Source of the DNA: Nostoc sp.
Lineage (GTDB): Bacteria; Cyanobacteriota; Cyanobacteriia; Cyanobacteriales; Nostocaceae
DNA: 64,000 nucleotides
NCBI GenBank assembly: GCA_036918135.1
Contig: JBALDB010000017.1
Coordinates: forward strand, 15,903 to 79,902
Direction of reading: 5' to 3'
This document shows, piece after piece, positions 19,010 through 30,254 of this stretch (position 1 is its first letter; every line of letters starts with the position of its first letter). The notes under the pieces were generated by a model that searched no databases, was not told the origin of the DNA, and saw only the letters and a program-made list of their open reading frames with translations. Made by a program: the position numbers and the translations under genes.

Positions 19010-22000
19010 ATGGTGCATATCAAGCGCGTGGAACTTACCAACTTCAAATCCTTCGGCGGTACTACCCAAGTCCCTTTGCTGCCGGGATTTACTGTCATAT
19101 CTGGGCCAAATGGTTCGGGTAAATCAAATATTTTGGATGCGCTACTGTTTTGTTTGGGACTCGCTAGTTCTAAAGGAATGCGAGCCGATCGCTTGCCGGA
19201 TTTGGTAAATAATACTCAAACAGCTAAGGGACGGGCTGCGATTGAAGCTAGTGTTACGGTGACGTTTGATTTGTCGGATGAAGTTTCACGCACAGACGCG
19301 GAGGCGCACAGAGGAGAAGACGAGGAAGAGGAAGAAGTTGGAGAAGTTGGGGAAGTTGGGGAAGAAATTCTAAAATCTAAAGTTCAAAATCCAAAGTTGG
19401 CAGAGTGGAGTGTCACTCGGAAGTTGCGAGTAACTCACCAGGGAACTTATACGTCGAATTACTATATCAATGGTGTCAGTTGTACGCTGACGGAGTTGCA
19501 CGAGGAATTAGATAATCTGCGGATTTATCCTGAAGGATACAATGTGGTGTTGCAGGGGGATGTCACCAGTATTATCTCGATGAATGGGCGGGAGAGGCGA
19601 GAGATTATTGATGAGTTGGCTGGGGTGGCGGCGTTCGATCGCAAAATTAATCAAGCCAAAGGCACTTTAGATGAGGTGAAGGAAAAGGAAGACGGCTGTC
19701 GGATTATTGAGACGGAATTAACTGCACAACGCGATCGCCTTTCTCAAGATCGGGCCAAAGCTGAGAAGTATCAAAAACTTCGGGCGGAATTTCTGGCGAA
19801 GCAATCTTGGGAAGCCGTTTTATCTTGGCGTTCGCTGCAAGCACACCAAGAAAAGTTGGTTGCTGAAATTCAAAATGGCGATCGCAATTCTGGGGAACTG
19901 AATACGCAACTCACAACTTTAAATTCTGAAATCGTCCAAAAAACTGCTGAACTCGAAGAACTTAACGCCCATGTTAAAGCTTTGGGAGAAGAGGAACTTT
20001 TAGCGGTACAATCTACCCTTGCTACCCAGGAAGCAGAACGCAAACAATTGTTGCGTCAGCAAACGGAATTACAAACAACTTCCCAAGAAACTGCCAAGCG
20101 TCTGACTCAAACTCAGCAGGAGATTCAACAACACCGCCATACTCTCCAAGAAATTGCCGAAACCCAACTTGTAGAGACGCGATTCATCGCGTCTTCACTA
20201 CAGCAAAGAAATGAAGCACAACAAGCTTTAGAAACTTCCCGCCAAGCAGCCGCAGAAATCGCCTCGGCTTCGGAGGCGTGGGTGCAGCAACAAACGGCAT
20301 TCAACCGTCAAATTGAAACTTTGCTGCAAACTCTGGAACCCCAACGCACGGAACAAGCACAACTCAGAGAACGCAATAACCAATTACAGCAACTCATCCA
20401 AGAACAAACTCAGTTGATTGCCCGCGATAAACCGGAATTAGCCGGAAAACAAGCTGAATGCAGTGGCATTGAAACGGAATTTAATACTTCTAGCGAACCC
20501 ATCCAAAATTTAGCTCAAAATCTCTCAGCCACAGAACAAGAATTACAAATTCAGCAGGAAACCCAAAAGCGGTTGCTTGGCGAACAACGAGAAAAACAAC
20601 GCCAGTTAGATAAATTAGAAGCGCAGACGCAAGCACAACAAGAAGTCCAAGGCACCCAAGCGAGTAAGGTGATTTTACAATCAGGAATGCCCGGTGTTTG
20701 CGGCTTGGTTGTACAGTTGGGACGAGTAGAACCCCGCTATCAGCTAGCCTTAGAAATTTCTGCTGGTGGACGCTTGGGACATATTGTGGTAGAAGATGAC
20801 GGAATTGCCGCAGCAGGTATTGAATTACTCAAACAAAAACGTGCTGGAAGGGCAACTTTTTTACCGCTGAACAAAATTTCTGCTGCTAAGTTTACTCAAG
20901 ATGCAACGCTGCGTTTGGCTAGCGGTTTCATCAACTATGCTGTGAATTTAATCGATTGCGATCGCCGTTACAAAGATGTATTCAGCTACGTCTTCGGTAA
21001 TACGGTGGTATTTGCAACTCTCGAACAGGCACGGAAAAATTTAGGACTGTATCGCATCGTTACTTTAGACGGGGAATTGTTGGAAACCAGCGGTGCAATG
21101 ACTGGTGGTAGTAATACTCAACGTTCGGCGTTGCGGTTTGGTACCGGGGAAGCGGCGGAATCTGATGAAGTCATTGGATTAAAAAATCGTTTGCTGGATA
21201 TTGAGCGAATTTTACAGCGTTGCACTGAAGCGATCGCTACTTTGTCAAACCGAACCAAACAATTGACGCAAGAATTAACAGAAACCCGACAAGCGCGGCG
21301 AGAACAACAGTTGCAATTGGAACAGTTGCACAAGGATATTAAGAATTTAACTGGGCAGTTAGAGGGGACGCGATCGCAATTAGTCCAAAACACGGAAAAA
21401 TTAGCCGTTGCTCAATCTCGTCTAGAAGTTTTAGAGCGGGAATTACCAGGACAAGAAACTCAACTGCAACAATTACGACATGCCTTAGCAGAGTTAGAGG
21501 CCTCCCAAACCCCCAGTGAATGGCAACAAATCCAAGCAACCATTAAAATTCAAGAGCAACAATTACAACAAAGAGAAGCAGCCTTAAGGGAAGCCGAACA
21601 AAAATTAAAAAATTTAGAAAATCAGCAACAGCGCCTGCAAGAAAAAATCCAAGAAGCCGAAACCCGAATCACCGAATACGAAACTCAACAAACCTCTTGT
21701 AAAGACGCGATTCATCGCGTCTCCAGCCAAATCGCAACGATAAACGAGCAAATCGTCCAAACCCGTCTATCGTTAACTCAAATGGAGCAAAAACTGGGCG
21801 AACAAAAACAAAAACGCGATACCACAGAACAGGAAGTGCGATCGCAACTTTTGCGTCAACAACAATTAGAATGGGAAATCCAAAAACTCCAAGAAACCCA
21901 AGAAAAGCGGCGGGAAGAACTAGTTGCACTCCAAAGTCAACTGCGCGATGTCGCAGCAGAATTACCCGATCCGCTGCCGGAAGTTCCAGATAAAGTAGAC

Positions 22001-22660
22001 TTGGAAGAATTGCAGAAAGAATTGCGATCGCTCACTAAACGCTTGCAAGCAATGGAACCTGTGAATATGCTGGCGTTGGAAGAATACGAACGCACCCAAA
22101 ACCGCCTCCAGGAACTAACGCAAAAATTAGAAACCTTAGAAGCCGAACGCACAGAATTACTGTTACGGATTGAAAACTTTACCACATTGCGGCAACTTGC
22201 TTTTAAAGAAGCTTTCGATGCTGTCAATGAAAACTTTCAATCGATTTTCGCCATCCTATCCGACGGTGACGGCTACCTACAACTAGAAAATCCCGAAGAT
22301 CCATTTGGTAGCGGCTTGAATCTAGTTGCCCATCCCAAAGGTAAACCAGTACAGCGCCTAGCTTCCATGTCTGGGGGAGAAAAATCACTTACAGCCTTGA
22401 GCTTTATCTTTGCCCTGCAACGTTACCGCCCATCGCCATTTTACGCCTTTGACGAAGTAGATATGTTTTTGGATGGGGCAAACGTCGAGCGATTAGCTAG
22501 AATGATCGAGCAACAGTCACAACAAGCACAATTTATAGTTGTGAGTTTGCGTCGTCCGATGATAGAATCAGCCGAACGCACAATTGGCGTTACTCAAGCA
22601 CGAGGAGCTTATACTCAAGTTTTGGGGATTAAATTACAATCATCCAATACATCTGCTTGA
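19010..22660 (+). CDS. smc: Chromosome segregation protein SMC
   Basis: Walker A GPNGSGKSN, coiled coils, hinge (GRATFLPL, GAMTGG), signature MSGGEKS, Walker B AFDEVD. Confidence 0.98.
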   Translation: MVHIKRVELTNFKSFGGTTQVPLLPGFTVISGPNGSGKSNILDALLFCLGLASSKGMRADRLPDLVNNTQTAKGRAAIEASVTVTFDLSDEVSRTDAEAHRGEDEEEEEVGEVGEVGEEILKSKVQNPKLAEWSVTRKLRVTHQGTYTSNYYINGVSCTLTELHEELDNLRIYPEGYNVVLQGDVTSIISMNGRERREIIDELAGVAAFDRKINQAKGTLDEVKEKEDGCRIIETELTAQRDRLSQDRAKAEKYQKLRAEFLAKQSWEAVLSWRSLQAHQEKLVAEIQNGDRNSGELNTQLTTLNSEIVQKTAELEELNAHVKALGEEELLAVQSTLATQEAERKQLLRQQTELQTTSQETAKRLTQTQQEIQQHRHTLQEIAETQLVETRFIASSLQQRNEAQQALETSRQAAAEIASASEAWVQQQTAFNRQIETLLQTLEPQRTEQAQLRERNNQLQQLIQEQTQLIARDKPELAGKQAECSGIETEFNTSSEPIQNLAQNLSATEQELQIQQETQKRLLGEQREKQRQLDKLEAQTQAQQEVQGTQASKVILQSGMPGVCGLVVQLGRVEPRYQLALEISAGGRLGHIVVEDDGIAAAGIELLKQKRAGRATFLPLNKISAAKFTQDATLRLASGFINYAVNLIDCDRRYKDVFSYVFGNTVVFATLEQARKNLGLYRIVTLDGELLETSGAMTGGSNTQRSALRFGTGEAAESDEVIGLKNRLLDIERILQRCTEAIATLSNRTKQLTQELTETRQARREQQLQLEQLHKDIKNLTGQLEGTRSQLVQNTEKLAVAQSRLEVLERELPGQETQLQQLRHALAELEASQTPSEWQQIQATIKIQEQQLQQREAALREAEQKLKNLENQQQRLQEKIQEAETRITEYETQQTSCKDAIHRVSSQIATINEQIVQTRLSLTQMEQKLGEQKQKRDTTEQEVRSQLLRQQQLEWEIQKLQETQEKRREELVALQSQLRDVAAELPDPLPEVPDKVDLEELQKELRSLTKRLQAMEPVNMLALEEYERTQNRLQELTQKLETLEAERTELLLRIENFTTLRQLAFKEAFDAVNENFQSIFAILSDGDGYLQLENPEDPFGSGLNLVAHPKGKPVQRLASMSGGEKSLTALSFIFALQRYRPSPFYAFDEVDMFLDGANVERLARMIEQQSQQAQFIVVSLRRPMIESAERTIGVTQARGAYTQVLGIKLQSSNTSA

Positions 22661-22718
22661 GTTTTTGTTAATAATAGTGTATAGACAAACCGGATTCGAG
22701 ATCAGGACTCGGTATAGA

Positions 22719-23714
22719 ATGACCTCTGAACAAATAATTAGGCGTTCCGACATATTAAATACTCAGGTAATTACCCGCGACAACGGCAAGCGGCTAGGCA
22801 TAGTCAGTCAAGTCTGGGTAGATATCGATCAACGAGAGGTTGTGGCTCTTGGTTTGCGAGACAGCCTGATCTCTATTTCGGGCATACCGCGCTATATGTA
22901 CCTCAACAACATCAACCAGATAGGTGATGTCATCCTGGTTGATAACGAAGACGTAATAGAAGATATCGATGTTGAAGCTCTCAGTAACTTAATCAACTGG
23001 GAAGTAATTACAGAAACAGGTGAAGTATTAGGCAAAGTTCGGGGCTTCAAGTTCAACGGTGAAACAGGTAAACTTGATTCCATAGTCATTGCCTCATTAG
23101 GATTGCCCCAAATTCCCGACCAATTTGTAAGTACTTACGAGTTCTCAGTCGAGGAAATTGTCAGCACAGGCCCCAATCGATTGATTGTGTTTGAGGGAGC
23201 CGAAGAACGGGTAAACCAATTGACAGTCGGTTTACTAGAGCGTTTAGGTATCGGCAAAGCACCCTGGGAGCGAGATGCAGAAGAAGAATACGGCTATACT
23301 CCACCACGTACAATTGCACCACCCAATCAACTGCCCCCTGGAATGCCATTGCAGCCACCCAAACAGAGAGTCCGCGCTCCCCAACCGGTAGCGCGGGAAG
23401 AAGAATGGACAGAAGACTATGTGGAAGAAGTCAGACCACAGCGCCAAGTGATGAAGGCGCAGCAGTATGAGTCTATTCAATACGAAGAAGACGAAGAAGA
23501 AGATAACTGGAGTGAAGCAACAGGTAGCGACAGGTATAAACAAGCGCAACCCCTAAAATCTGAACCCCAGCCTTATAGCAAGCCATACGTTGATGATTAC
23601 GATGATTATGATGACCTTGAGACTGATGCCTGGGAAGATGCGCCAAAGCCAGTAAATATTCCCAAGAAAGTCAAAGAAAGACAGCCAGAATACGAAGAAG
23701 AAGGCGGATATTAA
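22719..23714 (+). CDS. PRC-barrel domain protein with acidic tail
   Basis: Two PRC-like repeats (VITRDNGKRLG, VITETGEVLGKV). Likely start is ATG 22719 (MTSEQ), not the upstream TTG that overlaps smc. Confidence 0.85.
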   Translation: MTSEQIIRRSDILNTQVITRDNGKRLGIVSQVWVDIDQREVVALGLRDSLISISGIPRYMYLNNINQIGDVILVDNEDVIEDIDVEALSNLINWEVITETGEVLGKVRGFKFNGETGKLDSIVIASLGLPQIPDQFVSTYEFSVEEIVSTGPNRLIVFEGAEERVNQLTVGLLERLGIGKAPWERDAEEEYGYTPPRTIAPPNQLPPGMPLQPPKQRVRAPQPVAREEEWTEDYVEEVRPQRQVMKAQQYESIQYEEDEEEDNWSEATGSDRYKQAQPLKSEPQPYSKPYVDDYDDYDDLETDAWEDAPKPVNIPKKVKERQPEYEEEGGY

Positions 23715-23946
23715 CTAATTCATAGTTCGGAATTCGTAATTTAAGCCGAAAATTACGAGTTATATCTTAGACAAGTTCAGCCCTTTCCTTGCAAGCAAGG
23801 ATGGGGCTAATTTTTGAGGATAAGTGGAGGTGGAAGGGTGATGGGTGAGGAAGTGGAGAATGCGCTATCAGCTCGAGGGTAGATATTCATAAAAGAACAC
23901 TAGGAAACTCAATTGTTACGGCTGTTGAGTAATTGGTAGTGCGTAT

Positions 23947-24510
23947 TCAGGGATTAATTGCAGAATTAGCCATTTTCACCAAAGAAGTGCGATCGCCTGC
24001 TTTCAATCCCACAGTATATTGCACACCCTGTTGTCGCCAAGTCAAGGTAGCATCTGAACAATTAGCACCACAACTAAAATCTACAAAGTAGCCAGTAATA
24101 CCCTTAGCTAAGGACATAGGTTTACCAGTCAGGCGCGGTGTTTTGCGGGTTACCGCTTCAGCAGAAAGCACACCTAAACGACAAGCAGTTCCACCATTGC
24201 AGTCAGGACTGAAACCAAGTAAGATATCGTACTTTTTTGGGCTAGCAGTTTCTATAATTGCGTAAATTGGGTTTTGCCCATCGGACTCAGGAATAAACTT
24301 TGGTAATAAAATCTTGATTTGAGTTTTTTGCTTTAGTTTAGGCAAAATCGACTTAAAAACTGGATGCAACTGAATTCTATTCTGTCCTTGTGCTATCAGT
24401 TGGGACTGATTGTTGAGAGTGGCTACTGCTGACTTTTGAAAGCTGCTAACCCCAACTAATAAAAATACAGCAGACACAGCAGCAATCTTTCTCAAGCTTA
24501 AAATCATCAT
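23947..24510 (-). CDS. Secreted hypothetical protein with two Cys pairs
   Basis: Signal peptide; DCNGGTAC and CGANC motifs. Confidence 0.75.
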   Translation of the reverse strand: MMILSLRKIAAVSAVFLLVGVSSFQKSAVATLNNQSQLIAQGQNRIQLHPVFKSILPKLKQKTQIKILLPKFIPESDGQNPIYAIIETASPKKYDILLGFSPDCNGGTACRLGVLSAEAVTRKTPRLTGKPMSLAKGITGYFVDFSCGANCSDATLTWRQQGVQYTVGLKAGDRTSLVKMANSAINP

Positions 24511-24857
24511 TACAATCCTATTTCATCTCAAACACTTATTTGTAATACCCATTTTTAGTATCAAATTACGCATTCATTTGATAAAAAAATGTGAAAACTG
24601 GGAATAATAAACATACAAAATTAAGTAGATAAGCATAATTAAATGTAAAATTTCAATCAGTAAAATCATCAGCTTTTATCTTCTGACTTGAAAGTACTAA
24701 CCGCTAAGCAAAAATACTAGTCCCGAATTCTAATGAATTGAGAGTTAAAAATCTGATAAATTTTTGATTGTAGAGATAAAAATAGATAAAAGGTCACTTG
24801 ACCTCTAACTATTAATCGGATAGCCTTAGCGTTCAGAAACATTTTATTGGGAAACTG

Positions 24858-25235
24858 ATGAACAGAAAATTAATCCTGAATTTGCTTTCCACTTCCACAA
24901 TTTTTACTTCGCTGATCTCCACCCTGGGAGTATTTCATCCTGCCCATGCTAGTATTAGTCAGCGATTAATGCACACACAAGACGGTCGTACCTGTATCAC
25001 TAACCCACATGGTGGAACCGATTTTATATGCATTCGAGATTCAGAAAGAAAGCAACCCTATACTTCTAAACAACGTACCACAACCATTGTCACTTCAATG
25101 TCAGATCAGAATATTGCTATGTTGAACTTTACTGATGAGGAAAGTGATGCAGCAATTAAATTATTTGGTTGTGACTGTCCATATTGTATAAATTCTTTAC
25201 GTCAGTTACGCGGTACTGGAAACTTAGTATATTAG
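24858..25235 (+). CDS. Secreted hypothetical protein with C-terminal CDCxxC motif
   Basis: Signal peptide ending PAHA; FTDEESDAAIKLFGCDCPYCINSLR. Confidence 0.75.
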   Translation: MNRKLILNLLSTSTIFTSLISTLGVFHPAHASISQRLMHTQDGRTCITNPHGGTDFICIRDSERKQPYTSKQRTTTIVTSMSDQNIAMLNFTDEESDAAIKLFGCDCPYCINSLRQLRGTGNLVY

Positions 25236-25561
25236 GCTTCAAAAGCGTCAATGGCTGGCAAGAACTCCTAATAGACTGTTAACAACATCTTGATAGCTTC
25301 GTAGATGTGACTATATCTAAATACCAATTTTGGATTTGAGATTTGAGATTTTGGATTAAAAGCCTTAATCACAAAGCTGTTCCAGGAATTTCAAACAATA
25401 CTACTTATCCTAAGTTTGGTATAAAATATACAAACCAAAAAAGCATTTTTAATTACACACCAGAGAGAAGAAGACGCGGGGACGCAAAGATAGAGACAGT
25501 ACGGGATTAGATATGTCCTTGTGTCCTTTTATCCTCGTGTCTCCACGTCCTAACCTTCTCT

Positions 25562-28234
25562 TCATTCAACCACTTCATTCACAGGGAATCTGTCAATCAG
25601 CTGCATTGCCCGATAAGCATTACGTTGGAAGGAGTCTGGTAAATGGGGAACATGGGGTATCTGCGATAATAAATCCAATGTCCGGCGTAAAATTCTCACT
25701 ACATCGCCTTCATCCAAGCTGGTGTTTTCGCACAGTTGTGTCCACTCCATACCCAACGCCCATTGTTCCACTAAGGCAATTAACTCAAACTCCAGCCATA
25801 TAGGTAATGCTACGTTATACCGCCGTTGTAATTGGAACATTTGGCGACGAATTCCCCGCAATTTTGCTAAAGCTTCTGTGACTTCATTACTGAGGTCAAA
25901 GTTAACCTTACTATCTGGGCGCGGAGTTTCTGTCACCAAAGCGGCGGCGGCGGCTGCTAAATGGTGCGGATCTAAGTTGTCCAATTCACCACAAGCAAAT
26001 ACTAAACCCAGCCACAATTCATTTTCACCGCGAATGGCAGCAGCGATTTGCCCTAATTGTGTGGGTACTAAGTTATCCAATGCACCAAAGTGTTGCAGAA
26101 TTGCAATTAAATTGAGAAACTCTTCCCAATGACGTTGTGACTGTTGCTCTACTACCCCTTGCAACTCTTCGAGTTCGGCTTCTAGTTCGACATAGCGGGC
26201 GCGGCGTTTGAAAATCGTTGCCACATTACCTAATTGATGTACCGGATGAGCTTCTACTTGCTCTTGAATAGCAGTAACACGACTGAGTTGTTCGGCTACT
26301 TCTGGTGCCATATATAAAGACTCTACCGGATTGGGAATCTGGGTAGCGATCGCAAATGTTTCTTGACTACCAAGTTGTGACTGTCCCGGTTTCAAGAGCA
26401 TTTCTGCTGGTGGTAGCACCTCAGGTGGCACTTCAACTCGCGGCAGTTCCGCATACAAATCGACTACATCCGTTGTGCTTGCCACATACCAACGGTTATC
26501 GTATCCCAAGCATACCAAGTAAGGAGCTTCACCAGAATCGGGCGTTTTTCCTACTAACACTGCGGTTATAGGTGAAGACACTGGGATATTTTTGCCTTTG
26601 AGACTCAACAGAGTTCCTGAGACTGCAAAGCCCAACATCATCGCCAATTGTTCTTGTCTATCTAAGTGCGCTTGTTGTTGCAGGGTTTTCAAGATTTGGC
26701 GTTCCACTTTCAAGCGTTGGCGCAATTTCTCATAAATAGCCAGTTCATTTTCATCAACAGCGGCGATTTGCTCGTGTAATTGGGCTAATTGTGCTTGTAA
26801 TTCTGCAATCTCATCGTATTCTGGTCTTAAATGCAAGGTGGCCATGTACTGCCCAAAACTGCGTTCTATCAGTTCCCTGGCTTGCTCTATGGTATGGGTT
26901 TGCAGCAAGTTGAGTACCATGCCGTAACTGGGCGTAAACTGGCTGACTAGGGGATCTGGCTTGGATGTTGCTAAATATGCAGCTTCTTTGGCTCCTTCAA
27001 AGGGAGTTTGCACTGTCACCACATGACCTTGTTTATCCATTCCCCGGCGGCCGGCGCGTCCCGCCATTTGCAGAAATTCAGAAGCGTTCAGCAGGCGGTG
27101 TCCGGTGTCAGTACGCTTGGAAAGGGTAGAAATTACTGTTGTCCGGGCGGGCATATTAATTCCGGCTGCCAGTGTCTCGGTGGCAAATACGACTTTAATC
27201 AGCCCTTGCTGAAATAGTTCTTCTACGAGTGCTTTCCATGCAGGTAAAATCCCAGCGTGGTGGGCGGCAATTCCGCGGTACAAGGGAGCAATTTGTCCAG
27301 AACGCCCTGCTTCCGGATTACGGTTTAAAAACTCATCAATTTGTTCCCGTAAAATTTGGGACTCTTCATTATTTACCAGCCATAAATCACCCACTTCTGC
27401 TACTGCTTTATCACATCCCCGGCGGCTGAAGATAAAGTAAATGGCTGGTAGCATATCCCGTTGCTGCAAGTGGCTCAAGGTATAAATTATGCTAGGAGCT
27501 TCTGGTCTACCAGCTTTCCCCCGATCGCCTTGTCTTCTTTTGCCACGATTTGCCAAACGGGGGTTAATTTTGGTTTTACTATCATTCAGCAGAGGAAATA
27601 ATCCTTTGGGATTGCAAAAGTGGAATTCCAAAGGTACTGGGCGAAAATCGGAGTAAATCAGGTCTGTTGGCCCGTGAACGCGATTGAGCCAGTCGGTGAG
27701 TTGATCGCTATTGGCAACCGTGGCTGAAAGGGCTGCTAGTTGAATTTCACGGGGACAGTAAATGATTGATTCTTCCCAAACTGTACCACGTTGGCGATCG
27801 TTCATGTAGTGGCACTCATCTAGCACCACTGCCTCAACGTCTACTAATGAGATGCCGACTTGCCCAATAGGCGTACCATAAAGCATATTTCGGAAAATTT
27901 CTGTGGTCATCACCAAAATTGGTGCATCCCTGTTAATAGAAGCATCTCCAGTTAACAGTCCCACCAAATCGAATCCGAATTTTTCTCGAAAGTCACGTAA
28001 TTTTTGATTCGACAGCGCCTTCAGGGGAGTAGTGTAAAACACACGTTTTCCTCGCGACAGGGCGCGATAAATGGCATATTCCCCTACTAACGTTTTGCCC
28101 GAACCTGTAGGCGCACATACTACTACGGAACGTCCAGCATTGAGGGATGCGATCGCATCTTTCTGGAACAGATCCAGTTCAAAGGGAAATATCGACCTGA
28201 GGTCAAGTTCAGGAGACGGCGCGGGATAATTCAC
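25562..28234 (-). CDS. Ski2/HelY-like superfamily II RNA helicase
   Basis: APTGSGKT, PLKALSNQK, DECH, SAT, ATETLAAGINMPA, QMAGRAGRRG; C-terminal DEGDVVR (DSHCT-like). Confidence 0.95.
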   Translation of the reverse strand: MNYPAPSPELDLRSIFPFELDLFQKDAIASLNAGRSVVVCAPTGSGKTLVGEYAIYRALSRGKRVFYTTPLKALSNQKLRDFREKFGFDLVGLLTGDASINRDAPILVMTTEIFRNMLYGTPIGQVGISLVDVEAVVLDECHYMNDRQRGTVWEESIIYCPREIQLAALSATVANSDQLTDWLNRVHGPTDLIYSDFRPVPLEFHFCNPKGLFPLLNDSKTKINPRLANRGKRRQGDRGKAGRPEAPSIIYTLSHLQQRDMLPAIYFIFSRRGCDKAVAEVGDLWLVNNEESQILREQIDEFLNRNPEAGRSGQIAPLYRGIAAHHAGILPAWKALVEELFQQGLIKVVFATETLAAGINMPARTTVISTLSKRTDTGHRLLNASEFLQMAGRAGRRGMDKQGHVVTVQTPFEGAKEAAYLATSKPDPLVSQFTPSYGMVLNLLQTHTIEQARELIERSFGQYMATLHLRPEYDEIAELQAQLAQLHEQIAAVDENELAIYEKLRQRLKVERQILKTLQQQAHLDRQEQLAMMLGFAVSGTLLSLKGKNIPVSSPITAVLVGKTPDSGEAPYLVCLGYDNRWYVASTTDVVDLYAELPRVEVPPEVLPPAEMLLKPGQSQLGSQETFAIATQIPNPVESLYMAPEVAEQLSRVTAIQEQVEAHPVHQLGNVATIFKRRARYVELEAELEELQGVVEQQSQRHWEEFLNLIAILQHFGALDNLVPTQLGQIAAAIRGENELWLGLVFACGELDNLDPHHLAAAAAALVTETPRPDSKVNFDLSNEVTEALAKLRGIRRQMFQLQRRYNVALPIWLEFELIALVEQWALGMEWTQLCENTSLDEGDVVRILRRTLDLLSQIPHVPHLPDSFQRNAYRAMQLIDRFPVNEVVE

Positions 28235-28361
28235 TCAATCACATTTGCAACCAGATTGTCTACTATACTAACGAGTCTTTTGTCAACTTCGTTATTAGTC
28301 ATTTGTCATCAGTCATTAGTTTTTCACAAAGGACAAATGACTAATGACAAAGGACTCTTAT

Positions 28362-29180
28362 TTATTTTCCCAGTTCTTGCGATCGCTCTGTAGCAGCTTT
28401 GACTGCTTCAATTAAACCTGAGCGAAATCCTGCTTGTTCTAGCTTGGCAATCCCGGCAATTGTTGTACCACCAGGACTAGTAACGCGGTCTTTAAGTTCT
28501 GCTGGGTGTATTTTGGTTTCCTGCAACAGTTTCGCTGTTCCCAATACAGTTTGCAAAGCTAGTTGATTGGCAATGACTCTGGGTAAACCTGCGGCTACTC
28601 CACCGTCAGCAAGTGCTTCTACCAAGAGTGCCACGTAAGCTGGGCCGCTACCAGATAGCCCTGTAACTGCATCCATCAGCACTTCTGGAACTTCTACGAC
28701 TTCCCCCACCGCTTCAAAAACTTGATGTGCTATTTGGTAATGCTTATAGTTGGTGTATGCACCCGAACAAATCGCGGTAACTCCAGCTCCCACTGTTGCT
28801 GGCGTGTTGGGCATTGCTCTGATTACTGGCAATTGCACAAATGCAGCTTCTAACTGACTTAAAGGTACACCCGCCAAGATGGAAATAATCAAGGGTGAGT
28901 GTTCTGGATTCCGAATCTCAATATGTGCTAATTCTTGAGCGATCGTACTCAATACTTGGGGTTTTATTGCCAAAAAGACAACTTCTTTGGCTTGGGTGAA
29001 AACCTCGCTACTATCCGTAGTTACAGCAACATTATAGTGCTGTTTTAAAAAATTCTGGCGTGAGGGTAGCGGTTCGCTAACTATGACTTCTGAGGATTGA
29101 TAAATTCCAAGCGCAATAAGGCGGGATAAGAGCGATTCTCCCATTACCCCGCCACCAATTAAACCAAATTTAATAGTCAT
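28362..29180 (-). CDS. proC: Pyrroline-5-carboxylate reductase
   Basis: GGGVMG, RAMPNTP, SGSGPAY, VTSPGGTT. Confidence 0.97.
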   Translation of the reverse strand: MTIKFGLIGGGVMGESLLSRLIALGIYQSSEVIVSEPLPSRQNFLKQHYNVAVTTDSSEVFTQAKEVVFLAIKPQVLSTIAQELAHIEIRNPEHSPLIISILAGVPLSQLEAAFVQLPVIRAMPNTPATVGAGVTAICSGAYTNYKHYQIAHQVFEAVGEVVEVPEVLMDAVTGLSGSGPAYVALLVEALADGGVAAGLPRVIANQLALQTVLGTAKLLQETKIHPAELKDRVTSPGGTTIAGIAKLEQAGFRSGLIEAVKAATERSQELGK

Positions 29181-29285
29181 TAGTCATTTGTCATTGGTCA
29201 TTAATCATTTGTCATTGGTCATCAGTCATTGTTTATTGTTAACTAACAAATGACAAAGGACAAAGGACAAAAGACTAATTTAACT

Positions 29286-29891
29286 TTATTGTGCCATCCG
29301 GTTAGGTTCGTTGCCCCAATTTTGATTTGAAGATGAAGAACTTGGGGGACGAGAAGGACGGGCTGGTGGTTGCGGTACTTCATGAAGAACCCCACCTTGG
29401 GTGCTAACTTGTACACAGCTGGGCGTAAACAAAAAGATACTCTCACCGATGCGCTCTTGATGTCCATCTAGGGCGTAAGTACCACCTGCTACAAAATCTA
29501 CTGCTCGCTGAGCTTGATCTGGGTCCATGATTGTCAGGTTTAATACCACTGACTTGCGTTCTCGCAACGCTTGAATTGCCTGAGGCATTTCTTCAAAGGT
29601 TCGTGGTTCGAGTACTAAAACTTCCGAAATTCCGTTAATTGCTCCTGGCATACCAATCACATTCCCCATTGGCTTTGACCCTGTTGCGATTTCTTCTCCC
29701 ATTGTAGGCACTGGTTCCCGCCAACGTCGATTTTGAGTTGCTGGGGTTTCTTGTGGCACTGGTTGGGGATTTTCTTGCTGATACAGATTTTGGTAATTAT
29801 TATCTGTATCTGGTTCTTCTTCGTAGTATTCGTATTCCACTTGCTCATTTAGACCTACAAAGTCTCTGAGTTTGGAAAAGATGTTGTTCAT
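29286..29891 (-). CDS. sepF: Cell division protein SepF
   Basis: EPRTFEE...[17 protein letters not shown]...FLFTP; pipY-sepF-proC synteny. Confidence 0.95.
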   Translation of the reverse strand: MNNIFSKLRDFVGLNEQVEYEYYEEEPDTDNNYQNLYQQENPQPVPQETPATQNRRWREPVPTMGEEIATGSKPMGNVIGMPGAINGISEVLVLEPRTFEEMPQAIQALRERKSVVLNLTIMDPDQAQRAVDFVAGGTYALDGHQERIGESIFLFTPSCVQVSTQGGVLHEVPQPPARPSRPPSSSSSNQNWGNEPNRMAQ

Positions 29892-30254
29892 TGTGTACTC
29901 TCCTGGTGCGAATAGCCGGTATTGACTTGGCTTGGGATTAATTTAGCCATCTGCGATCGCTACATGGGTGGATACTTCAGCAAATATATTGCTATTTGTA
30001 GCCTGTACTACGGGCTTTGGCGATGAACCGACACTTTTAGCAAGGTCTGTGCATCGCCTAAACATAATAATGAGTCAAGATTATATCCTAAGGTTTGTCC
30101 GAAGGAAAGTTCTTTGTTACCCGAATTTTACTTAGCGATTGCTCTTGTCAATACTATATCCTTTGTTTCTAATTGCACCAGTCTGTTACAAAATTGTTGT
30201 CATCAAATCCCAATCTCTAATTAATACTTAACCATAAGGCTGATAACCAGTATG

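Noticed and set aside
22584..22718. N-terminal extension of the PRC-barrel ORF
   Set aside because: Overlaps the smc end; ATG 22719 is the more plausible start.
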